Below are positions 30,762 through 40,238 of a stretch of DNA of 64,000 bases, piece by piece. Source of the DNA: an uncultured Chlamydiae bacterium (GTDB lineage: Bacteria > Chlamydiota > Chlamydiia > Chlamydiales > Parachlamydiaceae); assembly GCA_963830365.1 (NCBI GenBank), contig CAWHMU010000021.1:16339-80338 (forward strand), given 5' to 3'. Under the pieces are notes generated by a model. It was not told where the DNA came from. It searched no databases and worked only from the letters and a program-made list of their open reading frames with translations. A program made the translations under genes and the position numbers. Each line of letters starts with the position of its first letter. The stretch's first letter is position 1.

Positions 30762-31002
30762 CTCTTTTCTTAAAGAGGGTATTAGCTTAGACCATTGTCC
30801 AAATTTCCGGGACCATTATAGCCGGCAATTGCGCAATCATACCTCCCAAGCTGAATGTACGACCCCTCATCTGCAAAGACGCACATTTCTGTTCAGCTTG
30901 CCAGGATATTTCTGTCCCTGATAAATACTTACCGCCGCAGCTTTGATTGACATAAGGAATCTGATTGTTGGCATAGTTAGCTTGACATGAAGACATAAAA
31001 AA

Positions 31003-31541
31003 GGTTCATCGCACAATCGCGTACCTCCCCATATGTAAACTAATGGAGGATGTTAAATAAATCATACATAATGGCAAATTGCGCATTCGATCCTGTGAAG
31101 GAAGGATTTGAGTTGGCACTGTCATACAAGAGATAGGGCACAAGCCATGAGAACATTTTTACAGCCTCGATAGAGGCGAAAGCATGTAGCCACATGCGTC
31201 AGCGTGTGGTAATCGCATGTTTAGAAACAAAGCCGTGAATACGGCGGCAGCAATGACTAAAGGATAGTATATACTATAATAATTGCATCTAATTCAGCTT
31301 CCATCGAAATTGCTGTCGCCGTATTCACGGCTCTCTTTATACTACATCTTATTCCATAGGTTGACACCTATGGCTACATGCTTCCGCCTCTATCGAGGCT
31401 AACTAGACCTTCTGTGCTAGAATGCCGATTTGTTTCAAAGAGAACATTACAAATAGATCATCACTTCTCATATTTCAACCATCAATTACTAGGGCTTTTT
31501 GACGAATCATCATGGGCAGGTACTCATTTGTGCGATGAACC
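31003..31541. repeat. Nested palindromic element cluster B (REP-like doublet inside an IR pair)
   Basis: Outer ggttcatcgcacaa../..tttgtgcgatgaacc; inner ~92-bp unit 31163-31254 inverted at 31309-31400. Confidence 0.85.
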
Positions 31542-32215
31542 ATAAAAAACTCTTTTAATTGTGTTTTAAAAATGGTAGTTTTATATAAACGCCAATAAAA
31601 TAACAATCAGTACTTTTCACGATGCTGTGGCAACTTAAAATGGCAGGTTGACGAAATGCGAAAAACCCGGCTCAGAAAAATCCGTTGCCTTGTTTTCGAT
31701 TTCGGCATGGTTTCTCGATTCTTGAAATAAGACATATACCGTGATCTAGTGAGAATTTGACATATTGGACTGCGCGAAAGCTCGATTTCCCTTCTATTAG
31801 CCTCTGTGTCTCTGTGCCGGTGCGATCGGCGTCTCGGTGAAGTTTTTCTTAACACATTGATTAATAACATTATACCACCAGCACAAGCAGCTTTCACCAC
31901 AGAGTACAGAAAATGTCTGAAAAACCTCATGAGTACTCATCTGAGGGAGTTGCATGTGTGAAAAAGTGCGCATATACACGCCTACGAATTGGGTGGATTT
32001 TAGAAAAAGAGAAAGTGCTGACGGAGTATGGACCCCATGCCCCATGTCAATCATAGGTATGGTTAAAATGGGGCATCCCAAGGATTTTTAAAAGCTTTTC
32101 CGGCCTAGCCAAGCGTCCACCTCTCCACTAACTGTGCGTTAGAGAGGGTGGAATTGCTACGATGCAAAAAAGCTGCTAACTGCTAACGCTGGCTATATCG
32201 TCTAAGGCTTTTAGC

Positions 32216-32437
32216 TTATTTCAAGCGCAAAGCATATGGCAACAGCAACAGCCAGGCATGCGCTGGCGTTTCGGCTGGTGTGTGGTTAACTTTTTCGGCA
32301 GCCGTGCTTATGAGGCTCTTAAAAAAGGCCACGACTTGATCTGCCCATGAGACAAGCGTTTTAAATGAATCGGGAAAGAACATCCAGATCAAATAAAAAA
32401 GGATTCCGAAAAAGAAAAAATTCAAAATAAATCTCAT
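32216..32437 (-). CDS. Small membrane protein
   Basis: GAGGAG RBS; hydrophobic N-terminus. Confidence 0.7.
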   Translation of the reverse strand: MRFILNFFFFGILFYLIWMFFPDSFKTLVSWADQVVAFFKSLISTAAEKVNHTPAETPAHAWLLLLPYALRLK

Positions 32438-32559
32438 AATCCACTCCTCTTATCATCTATGATCAATATATGGCGGACCCAGTAGAGCCGGCAGCATACA
32501 CCCATCTTTGCAACATAGCAGACCATTCAAATTAAATAAATAGCTATAGGCATTAATTT

Positions 32560-33213
32560 TTACTTTTCGCTTTTGCTTTTTTCAAACGAGGGGCTTAACT
32601 GCTTCTGCAAACGGCTTAAGACGACCAGCAGCAAGATGGAAGGCAGGAACAAAAGCACGAGAATTGCCAGTATAACAATCATGAAAATACTGCGATTCCC
32701 CTGCAAGTTATTGAGTTTGCTTACCAGCGCCGTTGAGTCTGCGATGGCTTTGGCATTTTGATTGATGGCGGAAGTAGTCTCTTCTATCGCCCGCTTATTG
32801 GCTTCAATCGCCGTCTGGTTATCCATGATGGCTTTCGTCGTTCTTTCCACAGCCAAGCGGTTTAAACGAATTGCTTTTGAACTCTGTTCAACCACCTGTT
32901 GGTTGCCGCGAATGGAATCGGTACTGGCAGATACCACGGCGCTGTTGTTTTGAATGGCTTGTGAAGCTTTTTGCACCACCTGACCATTATTGCTGATCAA
33001 TTGAGAGCTTGTCTGCACAGCCTGCATATTTGATTGGATAGCCTGCGTGGTAGATTGAATGGCGTGCGCATTTTCCGTAATCCCTGCAGTGCTCAATTCC
33101 ACGGCTTGCAGGTTATTCTCGATGGCATCGGTGCTCTTCTGCATCTTTTCAACCAAGCCGCATCCTGTCAGCAACGGCAGCGCCAACAGCATCATCCAAT
33201 ATTTTGATCTCAT
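32560..33213 (-). CDS. Lipoprotein with long coiled coil and C-terminal transmembrane helix
   Basis: MRSKYWMMLLALPLLTGC lipobox; about ten 14-aa units; IFMIVILAILVLLFLPSILLLVVL. Confidence 0.85.
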   Translation of the reverse strand: MRSKYWMMLLALPLLTGCGLVEKMQKSTDAIENNLQAVELSTAGITENAHAIQSTTQAIQSNMQAVQTSSQLISNNGQVVQKASQAIQNNSAVVSASTDSIRGNQQVVEQSSKAIRLNRLAVERTTKAIMDNQTAIEANKRAIEETTSAINQNAKAIADSTALVSKLNNLQGNRSIFMIVILAILVLLFLPSILLLVVLSRLQKQLSPSFEKSKSEK

Positions 33214-33568
33214 TTTCAAATATCTAACGTCGTTCATCTTTGCCTGCATTGTTTAATCATAAAAAAAGCACTATAAACTTATAAGGAAAAGAGATCTCTA
33301 AAAAAATGCAATTTCCCCAATCTGGAAGTAAAAACTGCGCGCCTTGCATCACGATATGATGCGATAGTTAAGTCCCTTTACACTCCAAGCCTGCATCCTA
33401 AACCCCATCAAAATGTTAAACATTTACTGCTAAGCCTCTTGGAATTGGTCATATTTGCAACCCATGGTCTAGCGTCAATGATGCAGAACATGGATCACAA
33501 TGAAAAACAATTCAGCCTCAGCGGGTCGCTATGATTCCTTCGCTTGTATAAGCAAAAATCTGAGAATG

Positions 33569-33738
33569 TATACCACACGCGGCTAGGTTTGGCGATTTTC
33601 GGCAACGCCAAACCTAGCCGCGCGTAGTATAGTTATAACGCCCCCTTGGGGCTTGTTTTCTTAATATAATGACACCCATGGTTTGCGCCGTTGGCGTTAC
33701 ACCATGGGCGATACATATGGCCGCTCGCTAAGGAGCTT
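33569..33738. repeat. Long hairpin plus REP-like unit
   Basis: tataccacacgcggctaggtttggcg...cgccaaacctagccgcgcgtagtata; then gcccc-cttggggc and cccatggt...accatggg. Confidence 0.75.
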
Positions 33739-33853
33739 AGTACCATTGCCGGCATCAACATTCGATTTTGGAAAATTGAGGCCGGCTGCAGTATAACCTT
33801 AGGGGAATAGGATGCTGGCCCGAGACCATACCCTTGCCAGAATTCTAAAATGC

Positions 33854-34117
33854 CTAAGATTTAGTTTCATTCTCTGATGAAGATACATCGGAAGATTCTG
33901 TCGGTGCATGAAATGTTTTACCAGTAGAGGAGATGACATTGCCGAAAGTACGCTCGATGAGGTTTGGACCTGCCGGGGCATTCAGCCATTTGGCTGTGAT
34001 TTTGTGCTTCCCTGTTGAACGCTTTCCTTCCGGGGTTTCTTTCAGCAAGCAGCAGCTTTTGTATTTCTTTCCCGAGCCACAGGGGCAAGGATCATTTCGT
34101 CCAGGTTTCTTATGCAT
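33854..34117 (-). CDS. Small SEC-C motif protein
   Basis: [19 protein letters not shown] at the N-terminus. Confidence 0.85.
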   Translation of the reverse strand: MHKKPGRNDPCPCGSGKKYKSCCLLKETPEGKRSTGKHKITAKWLNAPAGPNLIERTFGNVISSTGKTFHAPTESSDVSSSENETKS

Positions 34118-34313
34118 AAATCGCCCTCTCAAAAAAGTAGTCTTTCTACACCACGCGAGGTATAGATTTCATATATCATTAGATAATTAATTATTTATCA
34201 CGCATACATTTTAAATGCAAACTCGAGATAAAGTAAAGCATAAGCCATACCCCATTACCCAGATTCAGTAATTTTTCTTTGACAAAGTGCCTATTTCCAT
34301 CTACGTTGGGGTT

Positions 34314-35813
34314 ATGAGTACGCCAAAAGCGCCCCATATCATCTTGCTTGATGGCAAGAGTTTAACTCTTGCACGCGCCGAAGCCATCGCCAACGGCGCC
34401 CCGCTACGCCTCGCCTCCACCGTTAAACAACGCATCGATAATTCTCATAAACTTGTCAAGCATTTGGCCAAGCAAGACACCCCTATCTATGGCCTAAATA
34501 CAGGTTTTGGCTCGTTTGCCGACAAACACATCAGCCATCACCAACTGCAGAAATTGCAAATCAATATCCTACGCAGCCATGCCGCCGGCTATGGGCCGCC
34601 GCTCTCTATTGGCGAGACACGCCTGATGATGGCGCTACGCCTCAACGTCTTTTTGCAAGGATATGCCGGCGTGAGTTATCATCTATGCCAGGCCTTATGG
34701 GAGCTCATCGAAGCCGAGATCTATCCCATTATCCCCGAATATGGCTCCGTCGGCGCAAGCGGCGACCTCATCCCGCTGGCCCATTTAGCCCTACCCCTCA
34801 TCGGCGAGGGAATGGTACGCTATAAAAACCAGACGATGGCGGCTGAAAAGGCTTTAAAAGCTGCAGGCCTACAGCCCATCAGCCTTGAAGAAAAAGAAGG
34901 CTTAAGCCTTATCAACGGCACCCAAGCCATGCTGGCCATGGGCAGTTTGGCACTTGCCAACGCCCGCCGACTTTACCTATACGCCGATAAGATCGCGGCT
35001 TTAAGCTATGAAGCCTTAAGCGCCTCCGCCGACAGTCTAAACCCGCAGATCCATGCACTTAGGCGGCAGACTGGCCAAATAGATTCCGCCACGCAGATAT
35101 TACAGGAACTCCAGGGCTCTCCCTTGCTAAGGGCCACACATCATCCGCGTGTGCAAGACCCCTATTCCCTGCGCTGCGCCCCGCAAATTCATGGCGCCAG
35201 CCGCGATGCCATCGAGTATGCCGTCGCCATCATCGATAAGGAACTCAATGCCGTCACCGATAATCCCTTGGTATTCTATGAAATGGAAAAAGTCCTTAGC
35301 GGCGGCAACTTCCATGGACAGCCCCTGGCCATGGCCTTTGATATCGCCTCGATCGCCATATCTGAGCTGGGAAATGTCTCTGACAGGCGCCTGGAGGTTT
35401 TGCTGAATCCCCAGATGAGCGGACTGCCCGGCTTCCTGGCCGCCCATGCTGGCATTGATTCCGGCTATATGGCCTTTCAATATCTCACCGCAGGCCTCGT
35501 CAATGAGACAAAAATCCTGGCCAACCCCGCCGTGACGGATTCCATTCCCGGCAATGGCGGCATCGAGGATTTCGTCTCCATGGGCATGACCTCGGCGCGC
35601 AAATTAAAAACCATCGTCGCGCATGCAAAAACGATACTTGCCATCGAATTGATGGCAGCAGCCCAGGCTATTGACATGCAGCATATCAAACATTTAGGCA
35701 AAGGCACCGCCAAGACTTTTGCAACCATCCGCGCCCACGTGCCGCCACTCAAGCACGACCGCATCTTGGCCGATGATATCCCAAAAGCCTTGGCTGCACT
35801 TGACACACTATAA
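34314..35813 (+). CDS. hutH: Histidine ammonia-lyase
   Basis: YGLNTGFG, GSVGASGDL (MIO), VQDPYSLRCAPQ, GGNFHGQP. Confidence 0.95.
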   Translation: MSTPKAPHIILLDGKSLTLARAEAIANGAPLRLASTVKQRIDNSHKLVKHLAKQDTPIYGLNTGFGSFADKHISHHQLQKLQINILRSHAAGYGPPLSIGETRLMMALRLNVFLQGYAGVSYHLCQALWELIEAEIYPIIPEYGSVGASGDLIPLAHLALPLIGEGMVRYKNQTMAAEKALKAAGLQPISLEEKEGLSLINGTQAMLAMGSLALANARRLYLYADKIAALSYEALSASADSLNPQIHALRRQTGQIDSATQILQELQGSPLLRATHHPRVQDPYSLRCAPQIHGASRDAIEYAVAIIDKELNAVTDNPLVFYEMEKVLSGGNFHGQPLAMAFDIASIAISELGNVSDRRLEVLLNPQMSGLPGFLAAHAGIDSGYMAFQYLTAGLVNETKILANPAVTDSIPGNGGIEDFVSMGMTSARKLKTIVAHAKTILAIELMAAAQAIDMQHIKHLGKGTAKTFATIRAHVPPLKHDRILADDIPKALAALDTL

Positions 35814-35826
35814 GGGAGCGTGATCC

Positions 35827-37515
35827 ATGCCTCTAAAGCCAAACTCGCAGCTTAAAGATTTCCTGGCCGCCTATGCCACCCACCCCCACTATAAAGCTCC
35901 TAGGGGCACCACGCTGCACGCCCTGTCCTGGCAAAGCGAAGCCCCCTTGCGCATGCTGCTCAACAATCTAGACAGCGAAGTGGCCGAAGACCCCGCCAAC
36001 CTCATCGTCTATGGCGGCACCGGCCAGGCCGCCCGCAATGTCGATGCCTTGCAAAAAATCATCAACGCCCTGCTAAATTTGCAGGACGACCAGAGCCTAC
36101 TCATCCAATCCGGCAAAGCCGTCGCCATCCTACCCACGCACACTGAAGCGCCGCGGGTGCTCATCGCCAACAGCAACCTTGTCCCTCACTGGGCTACCTG
36201 GGAACATTTTAATACCTTAAAAGAGAAGGGGCTGATCATGTTCGGCCAGATGACGGCCGGCAGCTGGATCTATATCGGCACTCAAGGGATATTGCAAGGC
36301 ACCTATGAGACGTTTGCCGCTCTGGCGCGCAAGCATTTTGGCGGCACACTGAAAGGTAAATTGATCGTTTCAGGCGGCTTGGGAGGCATGGGCGGCGCCC
36401 AGCCACTGGCCGTGACGCTCAACGGAGGCATCTTTTTGGGCGTCGATATCGACCCCTGGCGCATCGATAAAAGGCTAAAGACAAAATACCTTGATAAAAT
36501 GACCCATAGCTATGAAAAAGCCCTAAAATGGATCCGGGAAGCTCAAGCAAAAAACAAACCTCTATCCATCGGCCTGGTCGGCGATATAGGCACCATCTTG
36601 CAGCGGCTATTAGATGACAAGATCACGCCTGATGCCGCTACCGACCAAACTTCCGCCCACGATCCCTTGAACGGCTACGTACCTGCCAACATGACGCTTG
36701 CCGGCGCCAAAGAGTTGCGCGCCGCCGATCCTGTGCTATACCGTCAAAAAAGCCTCACGAGCATGGCAGTGCAGGTGCACGCTTTACTGGAGATGAAAAA
36801 AAGAGGCAGCGTCGTCTTTGAATATGGCAACAACCTGCGCGAGTTTGCCAGGATTGGCGGCGAAAGCCGCGCCTTTGAAATCCCCGGCTTTGTCGCCGAA
36901 TACATCCGACCGTTGTTTTGCCAAGGCAAAGGGCCCTTCCGCTGGGTGGCCCTATCCGGCGATCCCGAAGACATCTACCGCACCGACGAAGCGCTCATCA
37001 CAGCCTTTCCAGAAAATGTCCACCTCCACCAGTGGCTGCGCAAAGCTAAAGAGAATGTCTCTTTCCAAGGACTGCCGGCACGCATCTGCTGGCTTGGTAT
37101 CAATGAGCGCGCTACCGCCGGCCTGCTTTTCAACGATCTAGTCAGACAAGGCATCGTCAAAGCGCCAATCGTCATCGGGCGCGACCACCTTGACGCAGGC
37201 TCTGTGGCCTCGCCATATCGGGAGACCGAAGGCATGCTCGACGGCTCCGATGCCGTCTCCGACTGGCCGCTACTCAACCTGCTAAGCAACTGTGCCGGCG
37301 GCGCCACCTGGGTATCGTTCCACCATGGCGGCGGCGTCGGCATCGGCTACTCCCAGCATGCCGGCATGGTCATCGTTGCCGACGGCACAGAGCGCGCCGC
37401 GCGCTGCCTGAAGCGCGTGCTCTTCAACGACCCAGCCACCGGCATCGTGCGGCATGCCGATGCCGGCTACGAACTGGCCGTGAAGATGGCTATGGAAAAC
37501 GACTTGCTATTATGA
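35827..37515 (+). CDS. hutU: Urocanate hydratase
   Basis: [45 protein letters not shown]. Confidence 0.97.
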   Translation: MPLKPNSQLKDFLAAYATHPHYKAPRGTTLHALSWQSEAPLRMLLNNLDSEVAEDPANLIVYGGTGQAARNVDALQKIINALLNLQDDQSLLIQSGKAVAILPTHTEAPRVLIANSNLVPHWATWEHFNTLKEKGLIMFGQMTAGSWIYIGTQGILQGTYETFAALARKHFGGTLKGKLIVSGGLGGMGGAQPLAVTLNGGIFLGVDIDPWRIDKRLKTKYLDKMTHSYEKALKWIREAQAKNKPLSIGLVGDIGTILQRLLDDKITPDAATDQTSAHDPLNGYVPANMTLAGAKELRAADPVLYRQKSLTSMAVQVHALLEMKKRGSVVFEYGNNLREFARIGGESRAFEIPGFVAEYIRPLFCQGKGPFRWVALSGDPEDIYRTDEALITAFPENVHLHQWLRKAKENVSFQGLPARICWLGINERATAGLLFNDLVRQGIVKAPIVIGRDHLDAGSVASPYRETEGMLDGSDAVSDWPLLNLLSNCAGGATWVSFHHGGGVGIGYSQHAGMVIVADGTERAARCLKRVLFNDPATGIVRHADAGYELAVKMAMENDLLL

Positions 37516-37553
37516 TGTAAGTGCTATACCTGAAGCTGATAAAAACACTTATT

Positions 37554-37643
37554 CTTTCTCTGTGTCTCTGCGCCTCTGTGGTAAATTTGTTTTATTAATT
37601 CTATAATCAAGCTCACCACAGAGGCACAGAGACACAGAGAAAG
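37554..37643. repeat. cacagag-type palindromic element inside the hut operon
   Basis: ctttctctgtgtctctgcgcctctgtggt / accacagaggcacagagacacagagaaag; relatives near 3697, 18752, 22992, 31801 and 49216. Confidence 0.85.
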
Positions 37644-37702
37644 TAAAAATTTGTCTTTTATGTTGCTCATTTTTGACAAACCATGGTTTATACGGGTTGC
37701 CA

Positions 37703-38941
37703 ATGGGATTTAACACCGACTCTCACGAATATGTCATCGGTCCATTTGCACAGGTTGTGACCATGCACGGGCTGCCCGCAAGCGGTCCCATTGATGACAG
37801 CCTGCTGACCATCAAAGCCGATGCCGCCATCCATGTGCGGGGCGATCTCATCGTCGATATCCTCCCCTTCAATGCGCCTGAAATCCGCCATCTCAAACAT
37901 CTGGAGATGGCAACGCCATGCGTGGCTATGCCGGGCTTTATCGATACGCATACCCACCTGTGCTTTGCCGGCTCGCGTGCCGCAGACTATACCCGGCGGC
38001 TAAGCGGCATCAGCTACCGACAAATAGCCATGCAGGGCGGAGGCATTCTATCCACCGTTATCCAGACCCAAGCCGCCAGCCAGCCAGCCCTCGTCGATGG
38101 ACTGATAAAGCGTTTAAAAATAGCCTGCCAGCAAGGCGTCACTACCTGTGAGGTCAAAAGTGGCTACGGCTTAAATACCGGTGATGAAATCAAAATGCTG
38201 CAGGCCATCAACCAAGCCAGCCAACAGCAAGCCGTTTCCCTCATTCCCACTTGCCTCGCCGCCCATGCCCTGCCAAAGGAATTTCCTTCCGCCACATCCT
38301 ATCTCGACCATCTCGGCCATGAGTTGCTGCCGAAACTCATCCAGCAAAAGCTTTGCCGGCGCATCGACATCTTCGTCGACAGCTGCGCCTTCACGATAGC
38401 TGAAGCACGCCCTTTCCTGGCACGCGCCAAGCAAATGGACTTTGCCATTATCGTCCATGCCGACCAGTTCGCGCGCGGCGGCGCCAAGCTGGCAGCCGAC
38501 ATCGGCGCCCTTTCCGCCGACCACCTGGAAGTTTCCACGCCTGCCGATGCCGCCCTCATGAAAGCTTCAGGCGTCATCCCCATCGTGCTACCAGCCTCAA
38601 GCCTCGGCCTCGGCCTGCCCTTTGCACCGGCACGCATGCTGCTTGATGCCGGACTGCCGTTAGTCATCGCCTCGGATTGGAATCCGGGCTCAGCCCCTTC
38701 AGGCCGGCTGCTCATGGCTGCGGCCTTTTTGGGAGCTGCCCAGCACCTCACCATGGCAGAGACTTTTGCCGCCTTGACAGTGAGGGCAGCCAAAGCCCTT
38801 GAACTTAACGATCGCGGTATGCTACAACCCGGCAAGCGCGCCGACATCATCGTTTTCCCTGTCAGCGACATGCGTGAAATCTTATACCAGCAAGGTGCAC
38901 TGTTGCCATGCACTACCCTTATCGGAGGAAAACCTCAATGA
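37703..38941 (+). CDS. hutI: Imidazolonepropionase
   Basis: PGFIDTHTH, EVKSGYGL, HADQF, SADHLE, SDWNPGS; start uncertain. Confidence 0.95.
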   Translation: MGFNTDSHEYVIGPFAQVVTMHGLPASGPIDDSLLTIKADAAIHVRGDLIVDILPFNAPEIRHLKHLEMATPCVAMPGFIDTHTHLCFAGSRAADYTRRLSGISYRQIAMQGGGILSTVIQTQAASQPALVDGLIKRLKIACQQGVTTCEVKSGYGLNTGDEIKMLQAINQASQQQAVSLIPTCLAAHALPKEFPSATSYLDHLGHELLPKLIQQKLCRRIDIFVDSCAFTIAEARPFLARAKQMDFAIIVHADQFARGGAKLAADIGALSADHLEVSTPADAALMKASGVIPIVLPASSLGLGLPFAPARMLLDAGLPLVIASDWNPGSAPSGRLLMAAAFLGAAQHLTMAETFAALTVRAAKALELNDRGMLQPGKRADIIVFPVSDMREILYQQGALLPCTTLIGGKPQ

Positions 38942-39930
38942 CTATGCACTTAGCACAGGCTACACTCAAAAACTATCAGGCCACACCAACCAGTCTCTGG
39001 CAAGGACGCAGCGATGGACAGGGCGCCGAACGCTACCACGAATGCATCAAATGTCTTGATCTAAGCCAGGAAGCTCCACCCCTTGCTATCAAAACGACTT
39101 TCGCCTTGCTGGGCTTTGCCTGCGATGAAGGTGTGAGGCGCAATCAGGGCCGCGTCGGCGCAGCCTATGGTCCGGCAGCATTGCGCGCATCTTTGGCACC
39201 TTTTCCAATGGCCGGCGATATCGTGCTATATGATGCCGGCGATATCGTCTGTCATAATGGAGATCTTGAAGGCGCTCAAAAAGCTTTGGGTGAAGTGGTG
39301 GCTGGCCTGCTACATAAAAAAATCTGCCCGATCGTATTGGGCGGCGGACATGAATTGGCTTGGGGTACCTATCTGGGACAGGCAGCGGCCTGCGAGCCTG
39401 TCGATTGTGCTTTTGTCAACTGCGACGCCCATCTGGACCTGCGCCCCCAGCTGGCGGGAGATAGGGGCAGTTCCGGCACATCCTTTGCGCAAATAGCCTC
39501 CCACCGTCTGGCCAACAATATGAAATTCGATTACACCTGTCTGGGCTTGCAAGCCTGCGGCAATACGCCAAGCCTTATAGCCAAAGCCAAAGACAACCAT
39601 GCCCACCTGCTCTTTGCCGACGAATTCCATTTGGGAGGCACCGAAGCCAGCGTAGAAGTCATTGATGAGATCATCATCCGCAGCGATATCATTTCGCTGT
39701 CGCTATGCCTGGATGTTTTTGCCGCCCCCTTCGCCCCAGGCGTCAGCGCTCCACAGCCCCTAGGACTGCTCCCCTGGCATCTGATTCCGGCCTTGCGCCG
39801 CCTGGCCATTTCCAAAAAGGTGGTGACTTTCGGTATCGCCGAGCTTTGTCCGCCGCATGACGACAGGCATGTCACGGCCAGGCTTGCCGCCAGCCTCATC
39901 GCGGACTTTCTCGCCCATGTCAACAGCTAG
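38938..39930 (+). CDS. hutG: Formimidoylglutamase (arginase family)
   Basis: DEGVRRNQGRVGA, GGGHE, DAHLDLR, APGVSAP; ATGA overlap with hutI. Confidence 0.93.
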   Translation: MTMHLAQATLKNYQATPTSLWQGRSDGQGAERYHECIKCLDLSQEAPPLAIKTTFALLGFACDEGVRRNQGRVGAAYGPAALRASLAPFPMAGDIVLYDAGDIVCHNGDLEGAQKALGEVVAGLLHKKICPIVLGGGHELAWGTYLGQAAACEPVDCAFVNCDAHLDLRPQLAGDRGSSGTSFAQIASHRLANNMKFDYTCLGLQACGNTPSLIAKAKDNHAHLLFADEFHLGGTEASVEVIDEIIIRSDIISLSLCLDVFAAPFAPGVSAPQPLGLLPWHLIPALRRLAISKKVVTFGIAELCPPHDDRHVTARLAASLIADFLAHVNS

Positions 39931-40005
39931 TTCTTGATTACTGTTATGTTGATAATGTCCGGCCGCTTAGCTTGATGTACATCTGTCCATCCGGCCGCTT
40001 GCGAT

Positions 40006-40193
40006 CTTTGTCGTTACCTACAACTATCAATCGAATATTTTAAGTCATTTTTTTTCCCATTACCATCTTCGTAGGGAAAATATTCGATCAACAAAGTAAA
40101 AAGAGAGGAACTCCTACGGAGTTAAACAAGAATATGCGTTTTCCCGTAGAAATGACTTAAAATATTCGCTTGATAGCTGTGGGTAACGACAAG
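40006..40193. mobile_element. MITE-like element with ~43-bp TIRs and an apparent 8-bp TSD
   Basis: ttgtcgttacctacaactatcaatcgaatattttaagtcattt / aaatgacttaaaatattcgcttgatagctgtgggtaacgacaa; cttgcgat on both flanks. Confidence 0.75.
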
Positions 40194-40238
40194 CTTGCGA
40201 TGCTGCCTATCCTGTAATGTTTCATCTCTTGCAGCCTG

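Larger units (their letters stand above)
29449..30820 (-). mobile_element. IS3 family insertion sequence, 1372 bp, 3-bp TSD GCC
   Basis: Ends taaagtggtccc / tataatggtccc, both followed internally by taagctaata; gcc at 29446-29448 and 30821-30823; orfA and orfB present. Confidence 0.92.
29328..30996 (-). pseudogene. Small ORF (~97 aa) interrupted by the IS3 element
   Basis: Removing the IS and one GCC joins ...TFSLGGMIAQLPA to VTLTIGGMQVQIPS... in frame, with stop at 29328. Confidence 0.55.

Noticed and set aside
32560..33213. Prophage lysis cassette
   Set aside because: Spanin-like topology, but no holin, endolysin or structural phage genes nearby
33854..34132. secA
   Set aside because: Only the SEC-C motif in a protein under 100 aa; no ATPase domains
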